This document shows, piece after piece, positions 43,425 through 55,434 of a DNA stretch of 64,000 nt. The notes beneath the pieces are model-generated. The model had not been told where the DNA came from, searched no databases, and saw nothing but the letters and a program-made list of their open reading frames with translations. Origin of the DNA: an uncultured bacterium (GTDB lineage: Bacteria > Bacillota_I > Bacilli_A > RF39 > UBA660); NCBI GenBank assembly GCA_948433885.1, contig CAOJEC010000003.1, positions 5,184 to 69,183 of the forward strand, written 5' to 3'. Each line of letters begins with the position of its first letter. Position 1 is the first letter of the stretch. Made by a program: the position numbers and the translations under genes.

Positions 43425-45146
43425 CTAAAACCATATTTTCGAAATTTCGGCATTCTCACTTTGAGGAGATGGACTAGGCATTTTGAAATCTATGCTCACT
43501 GGCAAATTGAAACTTTTTCCGAATACCAATGCACTTCCCGGAGATAAAGATTTTATTTTATCTATCATTCCCTCCGTAATATACGGAACAGAACCCCTTA
43601 TGAAATCCAAATCTTTGGCATGCGTCATTTTGAAGATGAAATAATTGGAACATTGTGAAATACAAGTTTCCGAAAGTTCTAATGGTCTTTGAGATATGAA
43701 TCCCATCAACACACCGTATTTTCTTCCCTCTTTACAAATTCTTTCGAATATGTTGTATCCGATGACATCGACATCTGTATCGTTTTGGACGTATCTATGA
43801 GCCTCTTCCAAGATGATATTGAAAGATTCCCCTGATCGTTCTTCGGCTTCTTTGGCATAATCGTAAATTAATCGAGAATATATTTTGGTCACCGTCTTCG
43901 CAAAACGATCGTCTATGTAATTGATGTTGTAATTTATTATTTGAGCCATAGAACCATCCTGATTCGCGAAGAGTCCTTTGATGAAGTCTTCACCCGAGAC
44001 GTAGTCCATCTCGAAATATTTACTGTAGTCGTTTTTTATGAGATTTTGTAATCTTATCTTCAAGAAATTTATCGAATCGTAAGTATCTTCGCTTTTCCAA
44101 ACTCCTTCGTCTATCAAAGCAAAATCTAAAGAGTCCAACAACTGATTCAATGTGTATTTGAAGGAACCATCCGGCAAAGAAAGATTTATGTCGTCGACGA
44201 TGAATTCTTGCAGCTTACTTCCGACCAATTCTATCGAACTCAATTTGCCTGTCGAATCGATCAACATACACGTCTTAATAGATCTCGTATATCCTGGTTG
44301 CACTATCTTAGTCTCGGCATTCAACTCCGCCGTATTATAACGAGCCAACAAAGAAAGAACATGATCTCTTATTTGAACCGCGGATCTTCCACTACTCAAT
44401 ATTTCCAAAAGTGCGGTGGCAATTATGCTGTTTTTATAACGGTTTGCATCTTCGGTATCTTGAGCAAATATGTTGACAAAGCGAAGTGCTTTATCGATGA
44501 CGAGTATCTGAGAACTCTTCGTCGCATTCAACAAAAGTGCCAAATCATCTTTATTCAAAAGCCAAAGTGGAATCTTTAACAATTCGTCGTCGCTCTTCGT
44601 ATTCGTCGTATACGATTTGAAAACGCCACTTCCGAGTCCTGAAAAGGCATTTTTATATTCACCATACGCGTCGAATATCAAAAATTTTGCTCTTTTTGGA
44701 CCGATTGAAAAAAAGTTTTGGATCATTCTCGCAAAACCACAAGACTTACCCGAACCTGTCGACCCAAATATCGAATAATGAGAACCGAAAAAACTCTCCA
44801 CGTCGATCGTAATATCTATGCCATATAGACTAGCTTCCCCAAGAGGAAAAGATATTCCTGTCGGTTTACCGAAGATAGTCGGCACGAATTCTTTCGAAAG
44901 TAAATAGACCTTCGCCCTGAATGATGGTCGTCTCATCGTCCCATAGATGAACTTTCCTTCGGCATACTCCCCCATGACTCTTATGTATGCGATGCCATTC
45001 GTAATCGCCACTATTTCTCCAACATATTGAATCCCATCGTCTACAAACAATGCGAACATGAACAACAAACTTTTCGCTTTGGTCACGTCAAAAGACAATT
45101 TTACTTGTATTTCGATATCTTTTATTTCTAGTATTTCACCCAACAT
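43425..45146 (-). CDS. HerA/FtsK-superfamily ATPase (DUF87-like) with a HAS-barrel-like N-terminus
   Basis: Walker A GSTGSGKS, Walker B IILEEAHRY, and FISQRP. It has its own extended -10 (tgttataat) and an AAGGGTGA RBS. Confidence 0.7.
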   Translation of the reverse strand: MLGEILEIKDIEIQVKLSFDVTKAKSLLFMFALFVDDGIQYVGEIVAITNGIAYIRVMGEYAEGKFIYGTMRRPSFRAKVYLLSKEFVPTIFGKPTGISFPLGEASLYGIDITIDVESFFGSHYSIFGSTGSGKSCGFARMIQNFFSIGPKRAKFLIFDAYGEYKNAFSGLGSGVFKSYTTNTKSDDELLKIPLWLLNKDDLALLLNATKSSQILVIDKALRFVNIFAQDTEDANRYKNSIIATALLEILSSGRSAVQIRDHVLSLLARYNTAELNAETKIVQPGYTRSIKTCMLIDSTGKLSSIELVGSKLQEFIVDDINLSLPDGSFKYTLNQLLDSLDFALIDEGVWKSEDTYDSINFLKIRLQNLIKNDYSKYFEMDYVSGEDFIKGLFANQDGSMAQIINYNINYIDDRFAKTVTKIYSRLIYDYAKEAEERSGESFNIILEEAHRYVQNDTDVDVIGYNIFERICKEGRKYGVLMGFISQRPLELSETCISQCSNYFIFKMTHAKDLDFIRGSVPYITEGMIDKIKSLSPGSALVFGKSFNLPVSIDFKMPSPSPQSENAEISKIWF

Positions 45147-45195
45147 TCGGCCATCACCCTTATTCTATTTCAAATTATAACATCTATCGCCGAAT

Positions 45196-45258
45196 AAAGA
45201 TATACATTTTTTCTAATTTTTCTTCCCGTAAAAATCTTAATTTCAATTTATATTCTAA
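45196..45258 (+). repeat. Left copy of an imperfect direct repeat (core taatttttcttccc-gtaaaaatc)
   Basis: It aligns with 45857-45946. The 14-nt core is identical, and the flanks share aaagatata and tttcaa...aatttata. Confidence 0.6.
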
Positions 45259-45268
45259 CAAAAATATA

Positions 45269-45736
45269 TTATGAGATTTCAAATTCTACTGAAAATTCAT
45301 ATAGTTTATTTTCTATTTCAGTACTTTTAACCAATCTATATTCTCCTTTTTCCAATTCACCATAAGTTTTCGACCAATCTATATCTATTTCAAGCTTATT
45401 ATTTTCATCAACGTATGAACCCTGTAAGTAGGAAGGAAAATTCTTAATTTTCTTCACTTCTTCCCATTTATTATTTAACCTTCTATCAATTCTATAATCG
45501 CAACTTCCACCATAAACATTCTTATAATTAGTTGTGTCTATTATAACTACGGACATGCCAGTTTTTGTAAGCGTATTTTCTTTAATAACCATACTTATAC
45601 CATCAATACTATTCATTTCGTATTTATTCGATGATTCTACCATTTTTTCTATAGTGGCACTTATTCCGATAACTAAAACCATGAATATGGAAATTATAAA
45701 GATCTTTTTGAAATTTTTGCTTTTTTGTTTCGACAT
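45269..45736 (-). CDS. Membrane-anchored hypothetical protein (155 aa), very AT-rich
   Basis: An extended -10 (tggtacaat) and an AGAGGA RBS. An N-terminal transmembrane segment is followed by a beta-rich ectodomain. I recognise no family. Confidence 0.5.
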   Translation of the reverse strand: MSKQKSKNFKKIFIISIFMVLVIGISATIEKMVESSNKYEMNSIDGISMVIKENTLTKTGMSVVIIDTTNYKNVYGGSCDYRIDRRLNNKWEEVKKIKNFPSYLQGSYVDENNKLEIDIDWSKTYGELEKGEYRLVKSTEIENKLYEFSVEFEIS

Positions 45737-45856
45737 AAACACACTATTCCTCTTTTCAATTTCATTGTACCACCTTTCTGACGAAAAGTCATTAGTTTAA
45801 AAACCAAAAAAGTTGCAAAATAAAAAGTGCTGGATTATTATAAATCTCGCAAAATG

Positions 45857-45946
45857 AAAAGATATATTTTCTCTCTTTTTAATTTTTCTTCCCCTGAAAA
45901 ATCGTTCTTTTCGCTTTCAAAGTATCTTATTCGACAATTTATAATA
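45857..45946 (+). repeat. Right copy of the direct repeat; it coincides with the sigK upstream/promoter region
   Basis: See the left copy. It lies 20-110 nt upstream of the sigK ATG. Confidence 0.6.
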
Positions 45947-45967
45947 TACTTAATCAGGTGAATTTAA

Positions 45968-46666
45968 ATGTTTGGTTTATTATTATCTTTTCTAAAAGGC
46001 CTTTCTCTCTTCACAGGATCTTATTCTATTAAAGTTTTCCCCGATCCACTTTCGAAAGAAGAAGAAAACAAATGCATCGAAGGATTGCTCGCCAATGATG
46101 AAGCTTCTCGAAACAAACTGATCGAGCACAATTTACGACTCGTAGCCCATATAGTAAAAAAATATGACGCAAAAGGAACGATGACCGACGACCTCATTTC
46201 GATAGGAACTATAGGGCTAATAAAAGGTATCGATTCTTTCAAACCGGCTAAAAATACGAAACTGACGACGTATGTTGCTCGCTGCATCCAAAACGAAATT
46301 CTCATGTACTATCGAGCAAACAAAAAGACAGCTAAAGATGTCAGTTTAAACGATTACATCGGTTTCGACAAAGAAGGAAACGAAGTGAGTCTTTTAGAAG
46401 TGCTACGTGATGACGAATACGATATTTTAGAAAATCTTCATCTACAAGAATTGCTCGATAAACTGCAAGAATACGTATCCATATTGAATCCTCGCGAACG
46501 ATCTATCATAGAAAATCGCTATGGTCTAGGAGACCGTGAAGAGAAAACTCAAAACGAAATAGCTGAGAATTTACACATTTCGAGAAGTTATGTTTCTCGC
46601 ATAGAAAAAAGAGCTCTTACAAAGATAATGAAAGAGTTCTTGAAAGATAATCCTCAAATGAAATGA
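45968..46666 (+). CDS. sigK: Sporulation sigma factor SigK (pro-sigma-K), uninterrupted
   Basis: FPDPLSKEEE...LIEHNLRLVAHIVKKY...DLISIGTIGLIKGIDSF...TYVARCIQNEILMYYR matches my memory of B. subtilis SigK closely. An N-terminal pro-sequence is present. Confidence 0.85.
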   Translation: MFGLLLSFLKGLSLFTGSYSIKVFPDPLSKEEENKCIEGLLANDEASRNKLIEHNLRLVAHIVKKYDAKGTMTDDLISIGTIGLIKGIDSFKPAKNTKLTTYVARCIQNEILMYYRANKKTAKDVSLNDYIGFDKEGNEVSLLEVLRDDEYDILENLHLQELLDKLQEYVSILNPRERSIIENRYGLGDREEKTQNEIAENLHISRSYVSRIEKRALTKIMKEFLKDNPQMK

Positions 46667-46673
46667 CACATCG

Positions 46674-48090
<1,417 letters not shown>

Positions 48091-48097
48091 TCACCTA

Positions 48098-49126
48098 CTA
48101 TTTTATGATCATCGCATCTCCGAATGAGAAAAATCTATATTTCTCATCTACCGCATGCTCGTACACTTTTAAAATAAATTCTCTACCGGCGAAGGCACTT
48201 ACTAACATCAACAAAGTGCTCTTCGGCAAATGAAAATTCGTTATTATAGCATCTACACATCCGAACTCGTAGCCAGGATAGATGTATATGCCTGTATCTT
48301 CCTCACACTCGATAAATTTTCCATATTTAGAATATACGGATTCCAAAGTGCGAACACTTGTCGTACCTACGGCGACGATTCGTCCACCGCGCTCTTTTGT
48401 CTCGTTGAGAACGTCGGCACTTTCTTTGTTCATGACGAAGTGTTCGACGTGCATTTTATGATCTCTTATATCCTCTTCCTCTACAGGTCTAAATGTGCCG
48501 AGTCCGACATGCAAAGTAACATGAACGATCGAGACACCTTTTTTCGCTATTTTATCGAGCAATTCTTCCGTAAAATGAAGACCCGCTGTCGGAGCGGCTG
48601 CGCTTCCTGCAAATTCTGCATATACGGTTTGGTAACGTCCTTGGTCTTTCAATTCCTCATGAATATATGGAGGAAGTGGCATAGTACCCAATTTTTCCAA
48701 AACTTCCATCAAAATACCTTCGTAATGAAGCTCGACATGGACTATTCCCTCATCGCAAATATCCTTAACTTCAGCCACTAGTAATCCTTCGCCGAAAGAT
48801 ACTTTTGTTCCGACTTTGAGCCTTTTTGTCGGCCTACTTAATGCTTCCCAAACGTCACCTTCCAAATTTTTCAAAAGCAAAATTTCTATTTTGGCTCCCG
48901 TCTCTTCCTTGAGACCGATCAACCTAGCAGGAATGACTTTCGTATCGTTTATGACCAACGCGTCCCCTTCGTTTAGATAATCTATTACATCGGTAAAAAC
49001 TTTATCTTCGTACGCTTTATCTTTTCTATCGACGACCAATAATTTCGACGAACTTCTATTGGCAAGTGGAACTTGAGCGATCAATTCTTTCGGCAATTCG
49101 TAATTATAATCTTCTATATTCATCAT
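48098..49126 (-). CDS. queA: S-adenosylmethionine:tRNA ribosyltransferase-isomerase
   Basis: [12 protein letters not shown]-type N-terminus, TAGLHFT, and [10 protein letters not shown]. Confidence 0.95.
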   Translation of the reverse strand: MMNIEDYNYELPKELIAQVPLANRSSSKLLVVDRKDKAYEDKVFTDVIDYLNEGDALVINDTKVIPARLIGLKEETGAKIEILLLKNLEGDVWEALSRPTKRLKVGTKVSFGEGLLVAEVKDICDEGIVHVELHYEGILMEVLEKLGTMPLPPYIHEELKDQGRYQTVYAEFAGSAAAPTAGLHFTEELLDKIAKKGVSIVHVTLHVGLGTFRPVEEEDIRDHKMHVEHFVMNKESADVLNETKERGGRIVAVGTTSVRTLESVYSKYGKFIECEEDTGIYIYPGYEFGCVDAIITNFHLPKSTLLMLVSAFAGREFILKVYEHAVDEKYRFFSFGDAMIIK

Positions 49127-49185
49127 TACACGTCCTTTTTGTCCTGATTATTTTAAGTCATATATGAACTTTTATCAATCACAAA

Positions 49186-50409
49186 TTAATTTTTAAGTGG
49201 ATGAGCATTCGTCAATTCCAAAACTTGCGTCTTCAATTCTTCCAAATAATCTATGTTGTCCGGATTTTTTAGAGCTTCTGAGATTATATAGCCGACCTTT
49301 TTGAAGTCTTCTTCGTCGAAGCCTCTCGTCGTCATCGCTGGGGTACCCAATCTGATGCCACTCGTCACGAACGGCTTTTCAGTATCGAATGGAATCGTAT
49401 TTTTGTTGACCGTTATGTATATCGAATCTAGTACCTTCTCAGCTTCTTTTCCTGACAAATTTACCGATGAAAGCGTATCGACTAACATCAAATGATTGTC
49501 AGTACCACCCGACACGATTCTGAAGCCTTCTTCCATCAACACTGCGCATAGTGCATGAGCATTTTTGATGATTTGTTCGGCATACTCGACGAATCCTTCT
49601 TCCGAAGCTTCCTTGAAACATTGAGCCTTGGCTGCTATCACGTGCATCAAAGGCCCACCTTGAATGCCAGGGAAAATCGTCTTATCTATTGCTTTGGCTA
49701 TTTCTTCGTCGTTGGTCAAAATCAGTCCACCACGAGGTCCTCTTAAAGTTTTGTGAGTTGTCGAAGTGACCACATGTGCATGAGGGATTGGCGAAGGATG
49801 AAGACCTGCGGCAACCAATCCAGCAATATGTGCCATGTCGACGACCAAATATGCACCGACTGAATCGGCAATTTCTCTAAATCTTTTGAAATCTATAACT
49901 CTAGAATAGGCACTTGCCCCGGCAATTATCATTTTAGGTTTTTCGACCTTGACGCGACGAGCCAATTCTTCATAGTCGATAGTTTCCGTTCTTTGATCGA
50001 CCGAATAATCGATGATCGTATAATCTCTACCGCTAAAATTCAAAGGATGACCGTGTGTCAAATGTCCTCCGTGAGAAAGATTCATTCCCATGACGACATC
50101 GCCTTTGGCAAGTAGAGCTCTGTACACTGCCAAATTGGCATTCGAACCCGAATGCGGTTGAACATTGGCATACTTGCATCCGAACAATCGACAAGCATAC
50201 TCGATAGCCTTCTCTTCGAAGATGTCGATGTACTCACATCCTCCATAATATCTTTTATGTGGATAACCTTCTGCATACTTATTCGTTAAAATACTTCCCT
50301 GTAATTCTCTCACACTCTTCGATACATAATTTTCGCTCGCTATGAGTTCTATGTTGTTATGTTGTCTCTTCGTTTCATTTTCTAAAGCTTCTTTCAAGCA
50401 TTTATCCAT
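49186..50409 (-). CDS. glyA: Serine hydroxymethyltransferase
   Basis: IELIASENY, and [17 protein letters not shown] (the PLP lysine motif). Confidence 0.95.
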   Translation of the reverse strand: MDKCLKEALENETKRQHNNIELIASENYVSKSVRELQGSILTNKYAEGYPHKRYYGGCEYIDIFEEKAIEYACRLFGCKYANVQPHSGSNANLAVYRALLAKGDVVMGMNLSHGGHLTHGHPLNFSGRDYTIIDYSVDQRTETIDYEELARRVKVEKPKMIIAGASAYSRVIDFKRFREIADSVGAYLVVDMAHIAGLVAAGLHPSPIPHAHVVTSTTHKTLRGPRGGLILTNDEEIAKAIDKTIFPGIQGGPLMHVIAAKAQCFKEASEEGFVEYAEQIIKNAHALCAVLMEEGFRIVSGGTDNHLMLVDTLSSVNLSGKEAEKVLDSIYITVNKNTIPFDTEKPFVTSGIRLGTPAMTTRGFDEEDFKKVGYIISEALKNPDNIDYLEELKTQVLELTNAHPLKN

Positions 50410-50413
50410 TCTT

Positions 50414-51244
50414 TCACCTCTTCATTGTCTTTGCTATTATCAAATTATCTATTATCATCGCTACGGTCATCGGACCTACACCACCAGGCACAGGAGTGAT
50501 AAAACTCGCTTTGCTCGCGACACCTTCAAAATCGAAATCGCCATACAATTTGCCCTCGATGCGATTTATTCCTACATCTATTCCGACAAACCCATCCGCG
50601 ACCATATCTTCGGTAATCACACCCTTCTTACCTACGGCACTTATTACGATGTCTGCATTCTTCGTATGTTCAACCAAATCACGCGTTTTCGAATGACACA
50701 CTGTCACAGTAGCATCGCGATTTATTAGAGCCAAAGTAAGTGGTTTACCTACGATCTCGCTTCTTCCGACGACTGTAACGTTCTTTCCTTTTAAATCGAT
50801 TTTATAATGTTCTAGTAAAATCATTATACCCTTCACCGTACAAGGCACTAATGATTCGCGACCCAAATACAAATTTCCGATGTTATATAATGTAAATCCA
50901 TCTATATCTTTATGGTGAGCAATTCTTCCTGCACACTTCTTGAAATCCAATCCCTCCGGAATCGGACTTTGCAAGATTATACCTGTCACTTTATCATTCG
51001 AATTTAGTTCATCGATCAGTTCGATTATATCTTTCTCGCCGACTGAATTTGCTAACTTGTGAGTGATTACCTCGATCCCCACTTCGGTAGCATACTTAAC
51101 TTTGTTGCGTACGTATACTTCACTCGCCGCATCTTCCCCAACTGTGATGATATCCAATCTGATAGCTAAAGATTCTTTTTCGATTTTCTCTTTATACTTT
51201 TGCAACAATTCGTCTCTCAAAGACTTGCCATCCATCAAAGTCAT
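50414..51244 (-). CDS. folD: Bifunctional methylenetetrahydrofolate dehydrogenase/cyclohydrolase
   Basis: [25 protein letters not shown], and [10 protein letters not shown]. Confidence 0.95.
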   Translation of the reverse strand: MTLMDGKSLRDELLQKYKEKIEKESLAIRLDIITVGEDAASEVYVRNKVKYATEVGIEVITHKLANSVGEKDIIELIDELNSNDKVTGIILQSPIPEGLDFKKCAGRIAHHKDIDGFTLYNIGNLYLGRESLVPCTVKGIMILLEHYKIDLKGKNVTVVGRSEIVGKPLTLALINRDATVTVCHSKTRDLVEHTKNADIVISAVGKKGVITEDMVADGFVGIDVGINRIEGKLYGDFDFEGVASKASFITPVPGGVGPMTVAMIIDNLIIAKTMKR

Positions 51245-51245
51245 A

Positions 51246-52274
51246 CTATTCCTCCTCTTGTGTATCGAATATTGTATATGAATGATTGATTCCCAAATGT
51301 CGATACGATTTCTCGGTCGCTATGCGCCCACTTCGAGTTCTTTTGATAAATCCTTCTTGTAATAAGAAAGGCTCTACCACATCTTCGATAGTCGTCACCT
51401 CTTCGCCTATGGAAGTCGCAATTGTCTCGAGACCAACAGGCCCACCGTTGAATTTTTGAATCAGGCTCGAAAGATATTCTATATCTATTGCATCTAAACC
51501 GTAGTTGTCGACTTTGAGTCTCTCCAAAGAACTTTTCGTAATTTTCAAATCGATACGCTCGTATCCGCCGACTAAAGCGAAATCTCGAACTCTTTTGTAC
51601 AATCTATTCGCTATACGAGGAGTTTTCCTACTTCTCTTGGCAAGCTCTAAAGCAGCTTCATCTTCGATCGGTATTCCTACTATCTTTGATGTTCTTTTGA
51701 CGATCGTCGACAATTCCTCATCGGTATAATAATTGAGCTTACATACTATTCCGAATCGATCGCGCAGCGGACTCGACAAATCTCCACTTCTCGTCGTCGC
51801 ACCGACCAAAGTGAATGGTGGAAGATTGATCTTGATGCTCTTCGTACTTCCCTCCGTGCCGATGATTATATCCAACTGAAAATCTTCCATAGCTGGATAC
51901 AATATTTCTTCGACCGCTCGAGGCATACGGTGAATTTCATCTATGAATAACACATCTCCCGGTTCCAATGTAGACAAAACCGCAGCCAAATCGCCGCTTT
52001 TTTCTATAGATGGTCCACTTGCCGTTTTGATATTTACTCCCAATTCGTTCGCTATTATATGAGACAAAGTCGTCTTACCTAAACCCGGTGGACCGTAAAG
52101 CAATACGTGATCTAAAGATTCGTCTCTCATTTTGGCCGCCTCGACGAAGACTCGAATGTTCTCTTTGACGTCAGTTTGACCTATATAATCATCCAATCTT
52201 TGAGGTCTTATGTTGCTCTCAAACTCGTCCCCCATAACTTTGTTGCCATCTAATACATTATCTTTTTCTTTCAA
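51246..52274 (-). CDS. ruvB: Holliday junction branch migration helicase RuvB
   Basis: [21 protein letters not shown], and DEIHR. Confidence 0.95.
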   Translation of the reverse strand: MKEKDNVLDGNKVMGDEFESNIRPQRLDDYIGQTDVKENIRVFVEAAKMRDESLDHVLLYGPPGLGKTTLSHIIANELGVNIKTASGPSIEKSGDLAAVLSTLEPGDVLFIDEIHRMPRAVEEILYPAMEDFQLDIIIGTEGSTKSIKINLPPFTLVGATTRSGDLSSPLRDRFGIVCKLNYYTDEELSTIVKRTSKIVGIPIEDEAALELAKRSRKTPRIANRLYKRVRDFALVGGYERIDLKITKSSLERLKVDNYGLDAIDIEYLSSLIQKFNGGPVGLETIATSIGEEVTTIEDVVEPFLLQEGFIKRTRSGRIATEKSYRHLGINHSYTIFDTQEEE

Positions 52275-52287
52275 AACCTCTACCTCC

Positions 52288-52845
52288 TCACTTCAAAAGC
52301 AGTTTGAGCGCTTCCTTGACTTGACTTTCGATATCCAACTCTTTGTCGACATTTGGAACGATCTTGTTGATGTCGGCAGATTTGTATCCCAAAGACTCCA
52401 AAACACTTATGAGTTCGAAAGAATCGTTGTTTTTGCCGACATCGATGTTCAAGCCACCCAACTTTCCTTTCAAATCCAAGACGATCTGTTTGGCAAGTTT
52501 ATCTCCGACTTTTGGAAACTTCTTCAAGTATAAAACGTTTTCCCTATCGATCGCATCGACTATCCCGGCCATACTACCTGTCGCAAAGAAACCTAACCCG
52601 ACCTTTGGCCCCAATCCTTTGACATTCAAAAGTTTTAAGAACAGTTCTCGTTCATCTTTGGATTTGAATCCATATAGAGAATGTTCATCTTCTCTAATTT
52701 GATTGTATACGTAAACTGTCGTCTCCGATCCTTCCTCGAAACTGTAAGGATTAGCAACGAACACACTGTACCCTATCCCATTGTTCTCGATGACGATCAT
52801 ATTTGCTTCGACAAAGGTTACTTTTCCTGTTATATAATTGTACAT
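52288..52845 (-). CDS. ruvA: Holliday junction DNA helicase RuvA
   Basis: An OB-fold N-terminus and HhH motifs ([12 protein letters not shown]). It lies upstream of ruvB. Confidence 0.9.
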   Translation of the reverse strand: MYNYITGKVTFVEANMIVIENNGIGYSVFVANPYSFEEGSETTVYVYNQIREDEHSLYGFKSKDERELFLKLLNVKGLGPKVGLGFFATGSMAGIVDAIDRENVLYLKKFPKVGDKLAKQIVLDLKGKLGGLNIDVGKNNDSFELISVLESLGYKSADINKIVPNVDKELDIESQVKEALKLLLK

Positions 52846-53021
52846 AATACCACCTGTTAAAAACTTTCTATCCCCTTAAACAACATTATACTAGAAAATC
52901 AACTTAAAAAAAAGCCCTCGGTAGACTTTTTGGAATTTTTGAATTGTACACTTTATAATCGTAATCGAGATATTTCTCACTCGTCAAGATATGTCAAAAA
53001 AATTTATTTGACATTTCCCAA

Positions 53022-53041
53022 GAAAAAAAGCCTCACGGCTT
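53022..53041 (-). terminator. Rho-independent terminator after the S11 carboxypeptidase gene
   Basis: The minus strand reads aagcc-gtga-ggctt followed by T7. Confidence 0.65.
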
Positions 53042-53057
53042 AGCGGTATTTTCGATT

Positions 53058-54200
53058 TTATGCTGTGCCGCCCGAAACGAATACGTCGAACACTCGTTTT
53101 AAGACGGTCCAAAAAGAACATTTTAGGACATTTCTTTTGACAGTAATATCCATTTCTCCGATCAATTCTTCATTCGAATATATTTCCAAAGTTCCCACTT
53201 TTTCTCCCCTTTTTATTGGGGCTCTCACTTTATCCAAATTCATCTTATAAGAATAATTCTCTTCTTCGCCATTCATCTTTACTAAGTCCTTCGCATCCTC
53301 TAATATAGTTATTTCCTCTTTGAGACGTTCTCCTAGTTCGATATCTATCTCACCCAATACGGAATCTTTTTCCAAAATGGTATTTACCTTGTAGACACTT
53401 TTACCGTAGTTCAAAAGTGCAATAGTATCTTTACTTCTAGCGTCTTGATCCGGTTCACCCATGACGACACTTATCAAACGTAGACCTTTCCAATCTCCAG
53501 TAGCAGTGAGGCAAAATCCTGCTTTGCCTGTATATCCTGTTTTGAGTCCATCTACACCTTGATAAAATCTTACCAATTTATTGGTATTTACCATCCAAAG
53601 ACTAGATCCGTCTTTTTTCTTTAGATAATCTTCGTATATACTAGAGTATTTTAAAATTAAGTCGTGTTTTATCAATTCCCTCCCTATTTTGGCCATATCC
53701 CTAGCACTCGACAAGTGCCCGTCGGCATCCAACCCATAAACATTTACAAAATTGGTCGCTGTGAGTCCTAACTCTTTCGATTTTTCGTTCATCATCTCTA
53801 CGAAATGTTGAGTACTTCCACCGATCGCCTCAGCCAACACCACCGCCGCATCATTCCCAGACGCGATACATACTGCCTTTATTATTTCGTCTAATGTATA
53901 CATTGCGCCTGCCTCTAAGAAAACTTGACTACCCCCCATGGAAGCAGCATTTTCACTGACCGGGACTTCATCTTCCAAACCGATCTTACCTTTTTCTATG
54001 GCTTCCATCGTCAAAAGTAAAGTCATCATCTTGGTCATCGACGCCGGAGCTAAGGCTTCATCGGCATTTTTTTCGTACAAAACTTCACCTGTACTTGCCT
54101 CGATCAATATGGCACTTTTGGCACTTTCAGTGAGATCGGCAGCATTTACCACACCAAACATGGAAAACAGGCATAAGAAAGTCAACAATATTTTTTTCAA
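53058..54200 (-). CDS. D-alanyl-D-alanine carboxypeptidase (S11, DacA/DacF-like PBP5)
   Basis: A signal peptide, SxxK (PASMTKMMT), SGN, KTG (LKTGYT), and the C-terminal PBP5 beta domain. Confidence 0.85.
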   Translation of the reverse strand: MKKILLTFLCLFSMFGVVNAADLTESAKSAILIEASTGEVLYEKNADEALAPASMTKMMTLLLTMEAIEKGKIGLEDEVPVSENAASMGGSQVFLEAGAMYTLDEIIKAVCIASGNDAAVVLAEAIGGSTQHFVEMMNEKSKELGLTATNFVNVYGLDADGHLSSARDMAKIGRELIKHDLILKYSSIYEDYLKKKDGSSLWMVNTNKLVRFYQGVDGLKTGYTGKAGFCLTATGDWKGLRLISVVMGEPDQDARSKDTIALLNYGKSVYKVNTILEKDSVLGEIDIELGERLKEEITILEDAKDLVKMNGEEENYSYKMNLDKVRAPIKRGEKVGTLEIYSNEELIGEMDITVKRNVLKCSFWTVLKRVFDVFVSGGTA

Positions 54201-54451
54201 ACTTCATCACCTAATTAATAAATATTGTTAACTCTCCCTTTTTAGAACATTCAAAAAAGGAACAAACACTTCTCTATCGTTATTATTAAAAGAATAATGA
54301 TGCTTTTAAAATCGATATAACAAAATTACTTAAGAGTCCGTGAATCGATCTTTTTTATAAATTATGAGAAAAATTGAAACTCGTCGGTAGAATAATAGTA
54401 GAGGGCCCTATAAAATCCCTCTAAGAAAAAATTCATAGAAAGGAGAAATGT

Positions 54452-55396
54452 ATGTCCAAAAAAGAAGTCAGTTATCTAAAAAATGATAAAATTTATTTAC
54501 AAAATTGCACCATCTCGAAAGAAGGAAGAATCGAAAATACTAAAACCATTGCCGAACTTACCGATGACGACCAAATATCCATAGTATCAGATGCGATGTT
54601 CAAAACGATGCTTTGCACAGTAGAAAGAAAAAAATACGTTTGTAAATTGCTCTCGGAATTGTTACAAATACCGTACGAATATCTTTTAAACAATGCAGAG
54701 TATTATAAAAATGAACTAGACAAAGATACTGTGGACGCAAAGGGCGAACGAGGAGATTTGGTTTTGAAACTCGAAGATAGATACATTTTAGTCGAAATGA
54801 ATATGCGAGATGAAGTTTCTAGAAATGTCGAATATGGCGATAGACTATACAGGTCTAAGATCAAAATTGGATCAGAATATATTTATCCCGATATACTTTG
54901 TGTTTCCTTCGACAATTATTATTATAAAGAACTTTCTTCGACCCCTATACGAGTATTCTATGTTCAAGATGATGAAGGAATTTGTCTAGTAAAAAAGACT
55001 TATGTGACGATTTCCATTCCATTATTGATGAAAAAATGGTACACTGTAGGTGTAAAAGAATTGAGTAACTTCGAGAAAACTACTCTCGTCATGGTGAGCA
55101 CGGATAGAAATCGAATTCTCGAATTGGTGAGCGGAGATGATATGATGAAAAATTATATAGAAGATGCAAAAAATGTAGAAAAGGATGATACGATTTTGAA
55201 AGAAGCATATGATCACGAATTGTCGGCGAGAAAAGCTGAACGAGAAATAGGATATGAAAAAGGTTTGAGTGAAGGTCGTCGCATCATCGAAGGCATGCTC
55301 AAGAAGATGACTGTTGCCGAGATAAGCGAACTTTGTGATATCCCCCTAGAAGAACTCGAGAAGATAATTGAGCAAATTGAGAATTCTTCAAAATGA
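54452..55396 (+). CDS. PD-(D/E)XK nuclease family protein, Rpn/YhgA-like (transposase-like)
   Basis: A GERGDLVLKLEDRYILVEMN core (D...E-x-N/Q pattern) and a C-terminal helical region, as in Rpn-family proteins. AAAGGAG RBS. Confidence 0.5.
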   Translation: MSKKEVSYLKNDKIYLQNCTISKEGRIENTKTIAELTDDDQISIVSDAMFKTMLCTVERKKYVCKLLSELLQIPYEYLLNNAEYYKNELDKDTVDAKGERGDLVLKLEDRYILVEMNMRDEVSRNVEYGDRLYRSKIKIGSEYIYPDILCVSFDNYYYKELSSTPIRVFYVQDDEGICLVKKTYVTISIPLLMKKWYTVGVKELSNFEKTTLVMVSTDRNRILELVSGDDMMKNYIEDAKNVEKDDTILKEAYDHELSARKAEREIGYEKGLSEGRRIIEGMLKKMTVAEISELCDIPLEELEKIIEQIENSSK

Positions 55397-55397
55397 A

Positions 55398-55426
55398 AAG
55401 CAGGAAAATGAAATTCTTGCTTTTTT
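55398..55426. terminator. Bidirectional hairpin terminator (aagcaggaa-N7-ttcttgctt plus T-run)
   Basis: It lies between the convergent Rpn-like and WG-repeat genes. Confidence 0.6.
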
Positions 55427-55434
55427 ATATCATT

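Noticed and set aside
52991-53014. Inverted repeat ATGTCAAA-N8-TTTGACAT between dacA-like and ruvA
   Set aside because: It is short, AT-rich, matches no known operator that I recognise, and could simply be part of a promoter (it contains TTGACA). I have no supporting evidence.
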